64,000 bases of DNA from Raillietiella orientalis (Eukaryota), in NCBI GenBank assembly GCA_036172245.1, contig JAYWIR010000009.1:1488001-1552000 (forward strand). Reading direction: 5' to 3'. Of the stretch, positions 37,954 through 50,100 are shown one piece after another. Under the pieces are notes generated by a model, which was not told the origin of the DNA, did not search any database, and worked only from the letters and a program-made list of their open reading frames with translations. Position 1 is the first letter of the stretch, and every line of letters starts with the position of its first letter. The position numbers and the translations under genes were made by a program.

Positions 37954-40045
37954 TTGTCGGGGGGGGGGGTTCATGTTCCGGGACCGCCTGAAGCGTGTGA
38001 CCCGAGATCCACTCTTCCTTCCTCGGCTTATGTCACCTGCCCAGCATCCCTGATGCAGACGGGTTCCGTTTTTGATTCAGTCCCCGTTCCCGCCTCGGTG
38101 CCCACCCAGAAGAGCGGCGCGTGGTACGGGAGAGAGGGCAGAGAGAGAGGGAGGGGAAGCGGCGGCTTCTCTTGCAGCAGGTTGACGCCATCGGAAGAGA
38201 CCTCCGCGGAGATCACGAAGGAGCACCTGCTCTCCCGTGTTCTCCTGTGACGGCTACATATGCATTCCCCAAGACATCGATCGCGACAGCGCGTGAGTTG
38301 GCGTCCCTTAGTCGCAACCTCCTGGAACCCGCCTTGCTCCTCCCCGACCGGTTGCACGGTCTTTCTCATCTCCCCTGAGACAGAACGCGTGTCCCGCGAT
38401 CCGCCGCGGGATCACGGGAAAGCGAACGCTCTATCCGGGAACGAAATACTGGCTTCTCCTTGAGGCGCATCTTTCCCAGTCGGGGAAGCACCGATTTCCC
38501 CCGCGCAGGGAAGGAAATCCACCGGAGGACTCCCAGGAATCAGGTCGCGCCCGATGTCCCTTGTGCGGAGCTGCTCCAGATCATCCCGAAACCACGCTCC
38601 AGCATGGGCGTTCGTTGCTGCCTCCTTGGGTGAGAACATCCCAAGGGAACACTTCGCTTCGGCGTGTCAGCCCACCGTCACGGAATTACTCCCTTCGGGC
38701 ACCCGGACGACGGTTTCGGTCCACGCACTGGCTCCGGACCACGAAGTCAGTGAAGGTCAGTACCTCGGGGACTCATTCAGGCATCCTTTGGGGCAAAGCC
38801 TTACGAGCCAGGGTGCTCCGGGAAGGAGGTTCGTAAGGCTCTTCTGAAGAAGACATCTGTCCTGCTCTTTGAACAGAAGTCAAACCGATCCTGCCCTCTA
38901 AACGGGATCTCCTTCCTTGTTTGCTCCTCCTTTGCAACAGAGGCTCCTCTGAGAAACGGGATCACTGGCCGAGCGAGAGGTACCACTCGTGCCGGGGCGT
39001 CCGCGTCCGTGGAGGCGCCCGCGTCTTCTCCCTAGACGGGAAGACGCGGGACCTCAGAATCTTCGCCTCCTTCCTCTCAGAACGAAGCGCGGGATCTTCA
39101 CCAGCCGACGGCGGAAGTGACGACGCTCCGGCGTCCGTCCGGGGGACGCTTCGGCACGGACAGAAGGCAGGCGGCGCCAGAGAACATACTGCGCGAAGCC
39201 AAGAGCGCGGCACGCGGGTGAAGGCCAGAGAGCGTCCAGGGATCACCCACGAACGGCGGACGACCCGCTCGGCAGGTGAGGCGGCGGAGGTCCTCTTCCT
39301 GCGATCCGGGAAGAAGGGGGCTGGGGGTAGGGCAGACGGGATTCGCGCGTCCCCACCGCCCCGCGCGAGAAGAGGGACCGCGGCCGTCGGACGGCCTCGG
39401 AGCGCGTGCGTGTCACACGCTGACCTCGCACCCGCTTCCAGGGCGTGGAGCCCACCGTCGGAGGCAGAGGACGCGGTGCCGTGGTGGGTGGCGTACGCCG
39501 CTTCGAGCAGCAGCCCTTCGGCGTACGTCACGGGAGTTTCCGAAATCTTCGAGGAGGCGCCTCCGGTGGCAGGAAGGAGGGGACACCCACACGCTTGTCC
39601 CCGAGCAGCTCTTGCCAAGGAGAGCGACTGGTGCCCTACACAGGGTTGCGGAGGCAGAGCTGACTCCCATCCGCTAGACTGAACCGCCCCCTGATATCCT
39701 CCGTCCACCCCACGGCGGAACGTGGGTGAGGGTTTCACCTGCTGCCACGCAGCAGCAAGGCCAGCGAACCAGCCGCTGGAGCAGGTTTCGGAACGAGGAC
39801 CCCTTTTCCGATGGGCATCGAGAGGGGGAAGGATGCTCGCCGCCGCCTGCACTCTTTGCGATCGCAACGGGGTGCGTCAGAACGCCGCCCTACTGGGCAG
39901 CGACCAAGTGCTCGCGAAGGCGGGCTTCAGTGATGAAACTTTTCGCAAGCTCCCGGTATCCTTCTTCGCTGCAAGCAGAGAGAGAAGCAATTGGAATCAC
40001 GTCGCACCCATTTTCGAATTTGGAAAATGCTTCGTGAGCGGGTAG
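37954..40045 (+). mobile_element. Decayed, internally deleted DIRS1-type element (gag, RT missing, RNaseH/MT, YR start)
   Basis: Gag motifs PASVPTQK, QQVDAIGRDL, HWLRTT...ILWGKAL. Then FAPPLQQRLL at 38920, VTT/DAPAS, EVLFLRS, EAEDAVPWW...SAYVTGV, RRGHPHACPRAA...CP. Then LAKAGFSDET...ASRERS (cf. YR N-terminus GFS..V..LL.ARK.ST). Confidence 0.6.
38940..39838 (+). repeat. 899-bp direct repeat copy 2 (probable donor copy)
   Basis: Near-identical to 15625-16523; DIRS motif order continues across both of its edges. Confidence 0.97.
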
Positions 40046-40899
40046 AATGCCTTCCGAGGCAAGCTGGGAAGATGGGCGCGAGAGGGGGGGGGAGGAGGCA
40101 AAAGAAAATGAAACACAAGAAAGTCTGCTAATGGGAGTCTTCGACTAATTAACCGTTACCGGCAATTTCGGAAGGCTGATGACTGTCTTTCGACACTCAC
40201 CATTACGTGCTGCATGGTGAATTGGGACATTTCCGGAGACATCTTAGGAAAGTGTTGAGCTGGCTGATGTTTTCGAGTTTGGAAGAGACATCAGAAAGTG
40301 GACGTCGCAAGGCCCAGCATTTTTTTTTATGCCCTAGGTGATTGCACTTTCAATTATTCTCGCTAGCGCTGGACCTACCAATGAGGCTGAGAAGGCTGAA
40401 CTGAATTAAGCAGAATAAATGGAGTTGATCAGATCTCACTCAACTCCAGAAGCGATAAACACGGCTGCGATGAAGGAAGAATTCTCTCTCCCTCTTTTCC
40501 TCTCTCTCTCTCTCTCTCCCAGAAAATTATAGCTGACATGGTAAGCGACAACAATCACCGGTCAAAGCTGTGGTCAGCACTGCGATAGGTGAGAACCATT
40601 AGGTCAGAAAACAGATGGCATTTTTGCATGTGGCTCTGCCGTCCGTGGGGGTAGAAAGCTGGGCTGCACGAAGAATGGCGCGCTGTTTAATTGCCAGTTG
40701 AGGGAATGTGACGTCTGTTCGTGCCGAGGCAATTTTGAGATGACAGAGAACTCCCAGAGCAGGGATCACCAGCGCTGGTCCTAAGGTTAAGATGAGCAAC
40801 AGCCGATTCCGGCGTGGCACCCTGCGTCCCTCGACGTGACTCTCTTTTCCGTCCCGCGGGGGAGGGAAGAGGGGATGAGGCGTCAGTGAAATATGAGGG

Positions 40900-42500
40900 G
40901 ATTTTTTTCGAAGCCAGTGGAGGTTTTTGGGTAGCCTTTGGGGATACCAGCAAGGTTGCTGGCCTCACAAAAGCAAGAGGTGGCTCAGAGAGCTAGACGG
41001 GAGGGTGCTCTTTCGCAGGAGTCCGAAAGATTGACCCGCGCTGACCTCCTGAAAAGCTTTGAGCGACTTGTTGAATCTCCCGTCCGCGCAAATCAGCAGA
41101 GGGAAGATGCAAGGAGCTCCTTCCGTCCGCTCGGGAGGCTGAAAAGTCCGTTCCTCAAGCATTTTCGAATTTTGGGGGCGTGCGTGCTTCTTCTCCCGAG
41201 GGACGCGCGAGAACGTTCCATTTGACAGGAACCCATCGGACATCTCGGACCCGCCTGCAGAAATTTCTCCAGATTCGGCCGTCGTCCAGAAAACGCGCCG
41301 GCTGCGGACCAACGGCGGCATTTGGAAAGAAAACCCTGGCTCTCCCTGGATCAAGGACGGCAGGAAGCAGAAAAGAACGTTTTCGCGTGGCCGTGAATGC
41401 AAATGAACCGTGAAAGCAGCCCTGGGCCAAAGAATTTCGACTTTTTCCCGAGCCCTGAGAGAATATCATCAAATGATGCATCCCTCTGGATGAAGAAGGA
41501 AAATCTTCCCCATAAGCACGGCCTCAGCTTCCTTTGAAGTGAGGAAAGGAAACCCCACTATTGGAATCTCCATGTGTATCCTCGGTCGCGGACGAAGTGG
41601 CTCTTGGCTGTTCGTCTGGCGGTCACGGATTCGCTGCCATTAGCATGCTCCTCCGAGACGCTCCATCTAATCTTCCGAGATGTCTTATCAGATCGGTTAA
41701 CAGGTCGCGCTTGCCTTTCTTTTCCTTTGAAGAAATCCCAGTGTGGAAATCTAATTCAATTTTCCGTTTCCATCATCCCTTCCTGGAGGAGCCCTCCAGG
41801 AAGCGACGCTCTTCCTGGAAGCCTTTCCCTCCATACTCTCAGCGACGGCGATCCTCGTTTTCTACACTTCATTTAATTTTTCGCAGCAGCCGAGCTCATC
41901 TGGAGTTCCTTTTTTTCTTGACTCCTTCGGCGGTTGTTGGCAGAGCATAGCAAGAATACCAGGAGCTGCTTGACCAGGGTAGGAAAAGCAGGTAGGAAGG
42001 TCCTGACCTTTCTACCTGCTTCTCCTAGAGCACTACGGACGGAAGTTGCAACCCGTGTGTCCGTTGTAGCATTGAGGGAAGGTGGAGCCACCTCTGCTCT
42101 CGGTTGCGCGAGTTCTTCAGGGAGGTTCCTGAAGAAGGAAAAAGGAAAAAGTCGGAAGGAAAAGTTCCCTGGAATGTCATCAGGGACACCTCGCGTTGAG
42201 TGACGTAACTGGAAGACAGCAAGGGAAGGCCATCGTTCACTCCGACCGTGACTTTAGAATTCATTCTTCTGCAACGCGGCAGCTGAGCTCTCTCTTTTTG
42301 TTTTCTGCAGGGCTTGGAGTGCTGCCATGGGACAGTGGAACGGAAAAAAAATTGGAGCTGAAGCCTGGATCGGAAGGTGGTAACAGGGAGGAGGGGCGGG
42401 AGTTGAAGATGACTGGTTCGCTTTCCCAGAGACAAGCTGCGCCTCCGAGAGATGGTCCATGACTATCTGAGTCTTCACTGGGAACACGTGACCGTCGCAG
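40900..42500 (+). mobile_element. Decayed DIRS1-type element (gag end, RT, RNase H pieces)
   Basis: ADLLKSFERLVESPVRA (ORF 40938..41225). ORF 41561..41950 has VADEVALGCSSGGHGF (cf. T.D.WVL..I..GY.I.F) and FEEIPV...HPFLEEPSRKRRSSWKP (cf. IE.VP...FLVPKK.GSWRP). PRFLHF; VFTGNT at ~42470 (cf. V.TDNT). Confidence 0.6.
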
Positions 42501-42683
42501 CATGCTCTGGCAGAAAATAAAAATAGAAATTCGCGTGCTCTCTAAAGGTGAAAATTTCAAGAGTCTCAGTTTGAAAAAGGAAAGGATGCAGGCTCTATCA
42601 TTTCCCTTCTCTCAATCTCTGACGCCTTCTAGCTGTACTCGTGTTGCATTCCTTCAGTGAGCTTCTATTGGTTTGCTCTGCAG

Positions 42684-45000
42684 CTACCTGAACACCAGAT
42701 CAGCGTCGTCCCGAAGAATGAAGTCGTTCTCGGGGAGTGAAAACTTGCTTGCATCACAGATGAAGGTCTGTGATGCCATGAGAACAGGAACCTTGTCGGA
42801 CAGTTGCACTCCCCGTGAGGACTCCAGCAAGTTTCTCGTAAGAAAAGAGATGACTTCAGGCAGGGCTTTCCCTGTTTGCCGACTCTCCTGGCAGTTATTT
42901 CCGATTCGAGAAAGCGTTGTAGAGTGGCAGTGCGAGCAATCCTCGAGCATGGTTGTTATGGTAACGACATGGGGGAAACCATGGAGGTAAGAGAAGCGTC
43001 ACAGTTGATGTTGCAGCTCAAGGTATATGCGCTCAGGACAAGGAATGAAAGTACCAGTCTTCAAAAGAACAAGGTCACTGATAAAGGATGAAGGTCACAG
43101 ATTTCTTTATTTGCAGTGAGTTTGGGAGTTCTAAGGAAGTTACTTTGCGCTCAAGAAGCATTTATGAAGCGGTTATCGGCTTTGCGACGTGGTCGAGATC
43201 ACGTAATGAAAGTTCAGGGGTCAGTCCCTGACATGTCAGGGAAACACGACGAGCACTTTCCTGACACATCCTGTTCTTGTGGTCGAGAGTGTTGCTTTCC
43301 TTATGGACTTTGAAGACGAGCCACACCAAGAGGACAAGTGAAGGAGCAGCAGCACGGTATGGTCTCCCGGTGTTGGTGAAAATTCGCTGCCTCCAGGGAC
43401 CTCCTTTGCAGTGTGATCGCTAGAATAAAGGAAGCAGGAGCAAAGCATGGGCAAATGCTGAGAGAGATTCCTGTTTAATGGATCCGGCATCCTTCCGGGA
43501 ATTACTGGGGCAGGAGCCGACTCGAATCTGGAGAACACTCCTTCCTTCCTGTTGGTTTCGTTTTGAACGGCCTCAAGGCTGCTAACTCAATACAGGGACG
43601 GAGGATTTCTTCCGCAACAGAGGAGCGATTTACCTCCATCAACAGCGGTGGGACAAAAGCTGGTGGTACACTGGACGAGCGCATAGAGAATTTCCACTTT
43701 CCTCTTGCCCCATGAAATGCCTGATTCCCCAGAAGCTCTCGTCACCGTAGATTTGCCATCAATCACAGCTGCCAAGATGCCTCCTCTCTCCTCACTCCCT
43801 TTTAAGAGATGCAAAAGAAGTGCGGCGTCTCAGCTGAAGCTTCATAGCTCTAGAAAGGCCTTTGAGCTGCTCCTCTTTCCTTCCTCCTCTTCCCTTCTTC
43901 GTCCTTTTCTCCACTCCTCCTCTTCCTCCCTTTCACAATGTCCAATGCTGCTTAGCGAGAACAAGGCATTGCAAAACCTGGATGTTAAGGGAGTTTGAAT
44001 GAAAAAGGAGGGCAGAGATGTAACCAAGGACCTCTTGACTTCGTTTTTCGATGTTTGCCCATGTTTTCTGACTTTTTTTTTTTGAGGATCATCAACATTG
44101 CCTCAGGTCGCATCACGACATCCATGAACGGGAGCAGCCCTGGAAATTACGCTGTCCGTGAGAACGAAAACATCTGACAGATGGAAGGGACAGGAGCTCC
44201 AGGTCTGGCTTGGACATCAGAGAGGCCGTCTGCTTCTTCTGGCTCGAACCGAATAGGAGCATGCTGATCGAGATCCTCTCCTCGAAGAAGAGACCATTCT
44301 TCTCTCTCTTGAAGAAGCAGAAGACCTAGCTGCTTCGGATGAAAACCGATGGTGGATGCAAGGTCGTTCCTATGGTCCAGCAGATCCTTGAAAGGAGGGA
44401 ACCTGGGAGTGGACATTGTGGACGAGCCAACTGCAGGGAGGTGGAATCGGAAAGGATGAGGTCCAGAGGAGCGACGGACCCCAGAAAGGGCAGAGTACCT
44501 CAATTTCCATCTTTCTTCCTATTGACGTCTTCCCTTCTTGCAGTACGAGTTCTTTGCAGAAGCACGGGAAGGAAGCCAAGTGGGTGGTCTTTCAGTGAGC
44601 TTTTGTTCTTCTTCCTCTTGCTTCTTGCTTGTAGGGTGGCGTTGCCCCTCCATCTTAGCTCGGTTTCGATGCTGGAACTTGCACCTTCTTTGTCTGATTG
44701 TCTCAATGGAAAGCACCGGCGACCCAGCCCCTCCCTGGCCTTTGAGAAAAAAGGTCGTACGTCAGGCAGGAATCTCATGGAATGACGTACCACTTTCCGG
44801 AAACTGGTTCTCTTCCCTCGAGATTTGAGGATTCTTTTGTGCCTCCTTTGACTTGCTGGCTTCAGGCGAAACTCGCGACAGTCGCTCCTTTCGGAGATCT
44901 TCTTCAATCACCATCTCCCTGATGATGTTGCGAGTGATATTGCGCTTTCTGAGCGCCTTGCTTTGATAGAGCTCATGACGCACAGCTAGTGGTACCTCTA
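42684..45000 (-). mobile_element. Decayed DIRS1-type element (gag end, RT, RNase H start)
   Basis: KALRKRNITRNIIREM...RLSRVSPEASK (ORF 44762..44983; gag end); VFCFFKREKNGL (cf. FLVPKK.GG); RFCNALFSLSS (ORF 43842..44027; cf. QF.ALPFGLSS); TFICDASKF (ORF 42684..42950; cf. TITTDAS). Confidence 0.6.
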
Positions 45001-47313
45001 GGCCATCAAGGTCTTCTGATACGGTCCACCCCTGCTTCGAATCCCGCCTGCCCTAGTCGTCCCTACTTACCCCCTTCCTTCCCACTTCTACGAAAGACTC
45101 CTTCCTTCTTAGAAGCTCCGGAGGACAAGGGAGACTCTGTAGGGGTCGTCGAATTTTCTTCCGGGAGAGGCTCCGCACTGCCCAGTGCCCTTGGCTCCCT
45201 GAGGAAAGTTTGCCATCAGAGCTCGGCTCGAAGGCGATAGCGGTGCTGTGTGGCTGGTCCTCTTCGTGGATGGTCTTTCCAGGCGAGCGGAGTCTGAAGG
45301 ATAGGGCCCTAGCGGGGCACGCCCGCTCTGCTGGGTGTTCATTGTTGTTCCTCGAAAGCAGGAAGGAGAATGCGGTAAAGGGAGGAAGAGCAGGGTAGAA
45401 AAGAGAGAAAAGCTCTTACATCTGTTGACCTCCTCCGCACCCCTCTCTTGTTTGAAAGCCTCATCCCCTGCGGTGGCAGGCTATGACGTGGGAACGCATC
45501 CTGCCTCTTCGGTTTTGCCACCTGAGAGGGCAGCCTCAGGGCTGGAGGGGAGAGCAGCGCCTCAAGGTCTTCTGCTTCCCTCGCGAAGAGAGGAAGAAGA
45601 CGAGGGTAATTCCTTGGAATGTCACTTCGCTGGGGCTGGCTCTCTCCGACGGAAGAAGCTGGAGCCAAACTTTTCCCCACGCCGTCTCTTCGGATGGCGC
45701 TGGGGTCCTCGGAAGAGGCGGAACTCGAGAGAAGAGGGCGTGCTCCCTGGTGGCGGTCCCTGCTCCGAGAGAAAGGAGGAAAAGGATTCGGTGGGGCAAG
45801 GGGAGTAAGGAGGACGCAGGAAAGAGAGGAAGAAGGGGAAGGAGAGGAGCGATCTGGGGACATCTCAAAGGAGAAGAAAGGGGAAGAAGGGAATCGAGCG
45901 TGCCTCAGTCTCCTCCGAAGGTGTTCATACCGCCCTCCTTTTCTTTAGAAGCCGGAAGGGTCCCCAGGACGTTTACCCAGATTTCCTTGACCCCCGATTC
46001 CGCTTGTCTCCTGACCTCTGAGCCACGTCGCCCTGAGGTCGCGAGGGATCACATCGCAAAGAGGGCGCGCCACGCCTGCGGCAGTTTCACAAGAGGACGG
46101 GGTTTCCGGAAGAGTCCTTGCAGATCCCAAGGGAGCACCTGCCAGGGAATGGGAAATCCGAGGGTGACTTAAAGGGGAGGGAGGGAAGAGACAAGATGAA
46201 CTCTTGGCAAGAGGATCCTGGAAGGTTTGTGGGGGTGGAGACCAGCTAGTCAGGAAGAAGATGAAGGAAAATCCGGGATATCGGATTCCCAAGTCGAACG
46301 GATGGGCACGCGTGGTTAGAGTCTCATGAAGATAGGCTGCCCGGAAGGTGTTTTAGAAGGACCAGAAGGGTTGCTCTCCCTATGCTTTCTCTCCTCTCCC
46401 GAGGGCGGAGCGCAGCCTCCCGTGGCGGCTCCTCTCAAAGCTGCCCATGAAGGGGGAGGGGGGATAACCCGTGGAGCGCGACGCGCAAGAGTTCTCGGAC
46501 CTAACCTGACCCAGTCCGGAGCAGCAGGAAACCCGCGGGCATCGGCTTCGCAGTGGCTCACTCAGAGCAGTAAGGATATGCAGAAGGCCTCGAAGTTTGG
46601 CGGGGGAAGAGAGGCAGGGGAGAAGTGCGTTTTCTCGGACTAAGCTCCGGTCATCCTCCTCCTCCTCCTCACGCCCGTGCCGGGCGCGCTGGAGCCGACT
46701 GACACTCCTGCAGCGGTTGGCGGGTCGGCAGTTCTTCGGCAGTTCTGGCGTCGGTTAGCGGGGAAGGGAGACAGGAAGAGGTTCCCTATTCCCTCGTTCC
46801 CTGTGCGGCGCAGGGAAGGAGAAGGTGCGCGAAGAACATCGCCCGCGACCCTTCGTCGGATGAGATCCGCTCGGTTTTTCCACCGCCGGCAGCGGCGTTC
46901 TTGGAGACCTCCGGCTAGCGAAAGGGTAGCTGAGACGCGGGTCCACTGTTGGAGCGGGCAGCCTCCCCGGCGACGTTCAGGCAGAGACGCTTCCTTCGCG
47001 ATGGTTGCTGCCGTGGAGGAAAGGCGAGACGGCCCCTCCCGCCCGTCTCCATGGTGACGAACGGGAGGGGACATTCTCCTTTCCCTCTTTTTCCCTTCCT
47101 CCCTTTCCACGTTCTCTTGAAGCAGACTCTTTCCCCCTCGGGAGGGGCTCCGCTTCCCATCTCGGAGGGTGGGGCGAGGAGAATGAAAGGACGCGGTGAG
47201 CCACGCGCCGTCGCCAGGATGGGAGGAGGCTTTGATGACCCGGCAGCAGCTCCGAGCAGCGGCGTCCCTCAAAATCGCAAATTTCCGCTTCCGCTCCGTC
47301 AGAACGCCCACCG

Positions 47314-47555
47314 GGGAGAGGCGGTGGGAGTTCGGCTCGAGTGAGGGCGCCAGACGGGCACCTCCCCATCCACCAGGGGGTGCTGGAGGGTCACGGGTCC
47401 ACCCCTCCCTTTCGCCTGCGTTTTGCTCCTCCGCCGGAAGAGCCATCAGCCCGGCTTCCCCTCCCGCACTGCGGTGGGACGTCTTCCCCGCGCTGCCTCG
47501 TCCCTCCGGACTGCAGTCCGATGCCCGCGGGCGAGGGCTCCGACGTCCCGGGAAC
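47314..47555 (+). repeat. Diverged direct repeat copy 1
   Basis: Aligns to ~51223-51422 (CACCTCCCCAT.CACCAGGGGGT...GGAGGGTCACG.GTCCACCC...CCCGCGGGCGAGGGCT), with an ~40-bp indel. Confidence 0.85.
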
Positions 47556-47899
47556 CGGCTGCTCGATCAGCTCCTTCCCTCCAGAATCCTCGCCCTCCGG
47601 AAGGGCACAAGTCCACTCAGGGAAGGAGGGAAGAGAGAGAGCTCCTTGTGCCCGGACACCGACGAGGGTCGGCGGAAGGAACGGAGGAGGAAGGAGGGGG
47701 AGGGGAGGGCAGCTCAAGCCCCTTTCCTGGGAACAAAGGGCGTCGCCTCCCGGCGTGCTTCGTCCCTTGCCCCAACCGCCCGACGCCTCCACTCCTGCGG
47801 CTCGAGAGAGGCCGACCGCTCCTCCGAGAGAGGGCGTGAGGCGCTCCGCATCCAACGTCTCACCTGCGGCGTCCGCCCGCGTGGAGGAGGCGCTTCCGA

Positions 47900-50100
47900 C
47901 CGACCTTTCTGCCCAGCGGTTCACGCGGCAGCGGAGCGCGCGTCGCCGCCTCGCTCGCCGCGCGTGCGGTCGCCGGTTCGCCGCTGCCCGTTTTCCTCCC
48001 GCCCGCTCGCAGCCAGGGTCCTGAACGCCGACGGACAGGACCCTCGGCTTCCGGTGGGAAAGGGGGAGCGCGCGCGAACCGAACCGACTTGCCCGCCGCT
48101 TCCGGAGCGGGAGGCGTCCGTGTGCGCTCCAGACTGTCCCATCGCGCCACCGTCTCGGTGATTGACAGGCGCGGGGGATGCCCTCGCGGTAACCCCAGCG
48201 TGTCGGAGGAAAAGCTGACTTCTGCAGATGAGCCGCCGCCGTCGCGCGCGCGGGACACGGCGGCGGCAGGCAGCGGAGGTGCGCTGTCCGCTGGCGCGGC
48301 GCCGCTTCCCCCCCATACTCGCACCTGCACGCGCGCGCGCGTGCGTGCGAGGACGGCGGCGCGGGGGCGAAGCGAGCGAACGAAAGGGGAGGAGGAGGGG
48401 CGAAAGCGGATTTTCGTTTCTCTCTGCTCCCCCTCCCCTTCCTTTCCCCACCTCTCTCTCCCTCCCCCCCTCTTCCAACCCTCCCCCCCCCCCGCGTTTC
48501 CTAGGCAACGGAAAACTGCGGAGAGAAATCCCTATCGAGGCGATCGCCGCCCGCGGCCGTCCGAGAGCAATCGAAATAGCTGGGTTGCGGCGGCGCCTTT
48601 GATGCCGGAGGTTCGCCCGTGACGCCACGCAGGGAGAGAGCGGGCGGGCCCGCCCCCGCTCGCGATTACATAAATCACGTCGCCCAGAATCAACACGGGC
48701 TGTTGGTTCTTCGCATTAACGAGTTTTTCGTTAGCGCGCGCGCGCAGGCGCCGGTGATGCTGGGGGCCCCGAGGTGCCCGACGGGAGAGGGCCGGGGAAG
48801 AGAGCCTGGGAACAGGTCCGGTGCGCCTCCTTGTTCTCCCCTCCTCCTCCTTCTGATCCCCTTCGCCCCGTCCCATTCACCCACCCACCCGCCTACCCAC
48901 CCCCAGCTGCGGAGATCCCCGCGGTCGCCACAACCGCCGCCGCCGCGCCCGTGAGACCTACGGCGCGAGCGGGCGGAGGCCGAAGAGCGGCCTGGGAGCC
49001 CATCCCTCTTTCCACCTTCCCAGAAAGCGTGACCTCCTTGTGGGGGTCTTCATGAGGAGAGCTCGAGTTCGTGGGGCGGCGAGAGGGGACGACGCACCTT
49101 CCACCCCGAGGGCACGTACGCTCTCCCCTTTCAGCAGCATCCGCGAAGGAAACCGACAGCTCCTCCCCGTTCGATGCCGCAGCCGTCTCCGCCCCGGCAG
49201 CAGCAGCACCGCTTTCTTCCGCGCCGACCCGCCGAGGAAGGGGTTGCCAAAGCAACGGCGGCGGATCACCAGCACCCGAGTGACGACGGCGGCGCGTCGT
49301 CACTCGGGTGGAGCGCGCGCCCGCTGCAGGACCGTCTTTTCGGCCGTGGGACGATGGACGGAGCGAGCGAGCGTCCTCTCTTCCTCCTCTTCCTCACCCC
49401 CTGCCCGCGCTTCCCGTTTGGGTAGCGGCGGCGGGCGATGGCCGGTCGCGCAACAGCACTTCTTGGAGACTCCGCGCCGTAAAAGCTCCGGGACGAATGC
49501 TTTCAGCAGGAGAAAGGGAGGGGGGTGAGTGGGAGGAGGAAGAGAGGCGCGCGCTCTTGCCCTGCGGTGACAAAAATGCAAACGCGGCCGAGAACCGCCC
49601 GTCCGTTGGCACCGACGGCGGGCGGACGGACGCGCCGCCTCGTTGATTGCCGTTTTCTCTCATTCGCCAAGGCGCTTGCCCACGGGAAGCGTGGCAGGCG
49701 GCCAGGGGGAGGGAGGGGGGAGGGAGAGAGAGAGAGAGAGAAGAACAAGGAAGGGAAGGAGACGACGAGGAAGGGGATGCGATGGTCTCCGGGAGGAAGG
49801 AGGGGTCCAAGAGATTCAGATCATCCGCGTTGAGAGCTGTCGCGTCGTTCGATCGCCTGGCGGCGGCGATGTTGCCAAAGGCAACGGGGAAACTGCTCCT
49901 CCTCCCTCTGAAAAGAAAGGGTTGCCGCCGCCCGCGTGAGGAACTTCCGCGTCCGATGGATGCAGAGGTGGAGGTTGCCATGGAGCTTCCTGCACGAACC
50001 CACCGGGAAGGAAGGAACACTCCCACGTACACGCTCGTGGAAAAGGGAGAAGGGGTGGAATAGCAGGCAGGCGAGGGAGCATTCGTTTGTTGACGCGTTT
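47900..50100. promoter_or_regulatory. Large CpG-island-like region with clustered RFX X-box-like motifs
   Basis: GTTTCCTAGGCAAC 48496-48509, GTTGCCAAAGCAAC 49243-49256, GTTGCCAAAGGCAAC 49871-49885, half site GTTGCCATGG 49974-49983; TATA-like TACATAAAT 48667-48675. I recognised no TE protein motifs here. Confidence 0.4.

Noticed and set aside
44490..44560. FHA-like ELVLQEGKTSIGR
   Set aside because: No downstream SR.H motif; the position corresponds to the RT N-terminus of a DIRS relic.
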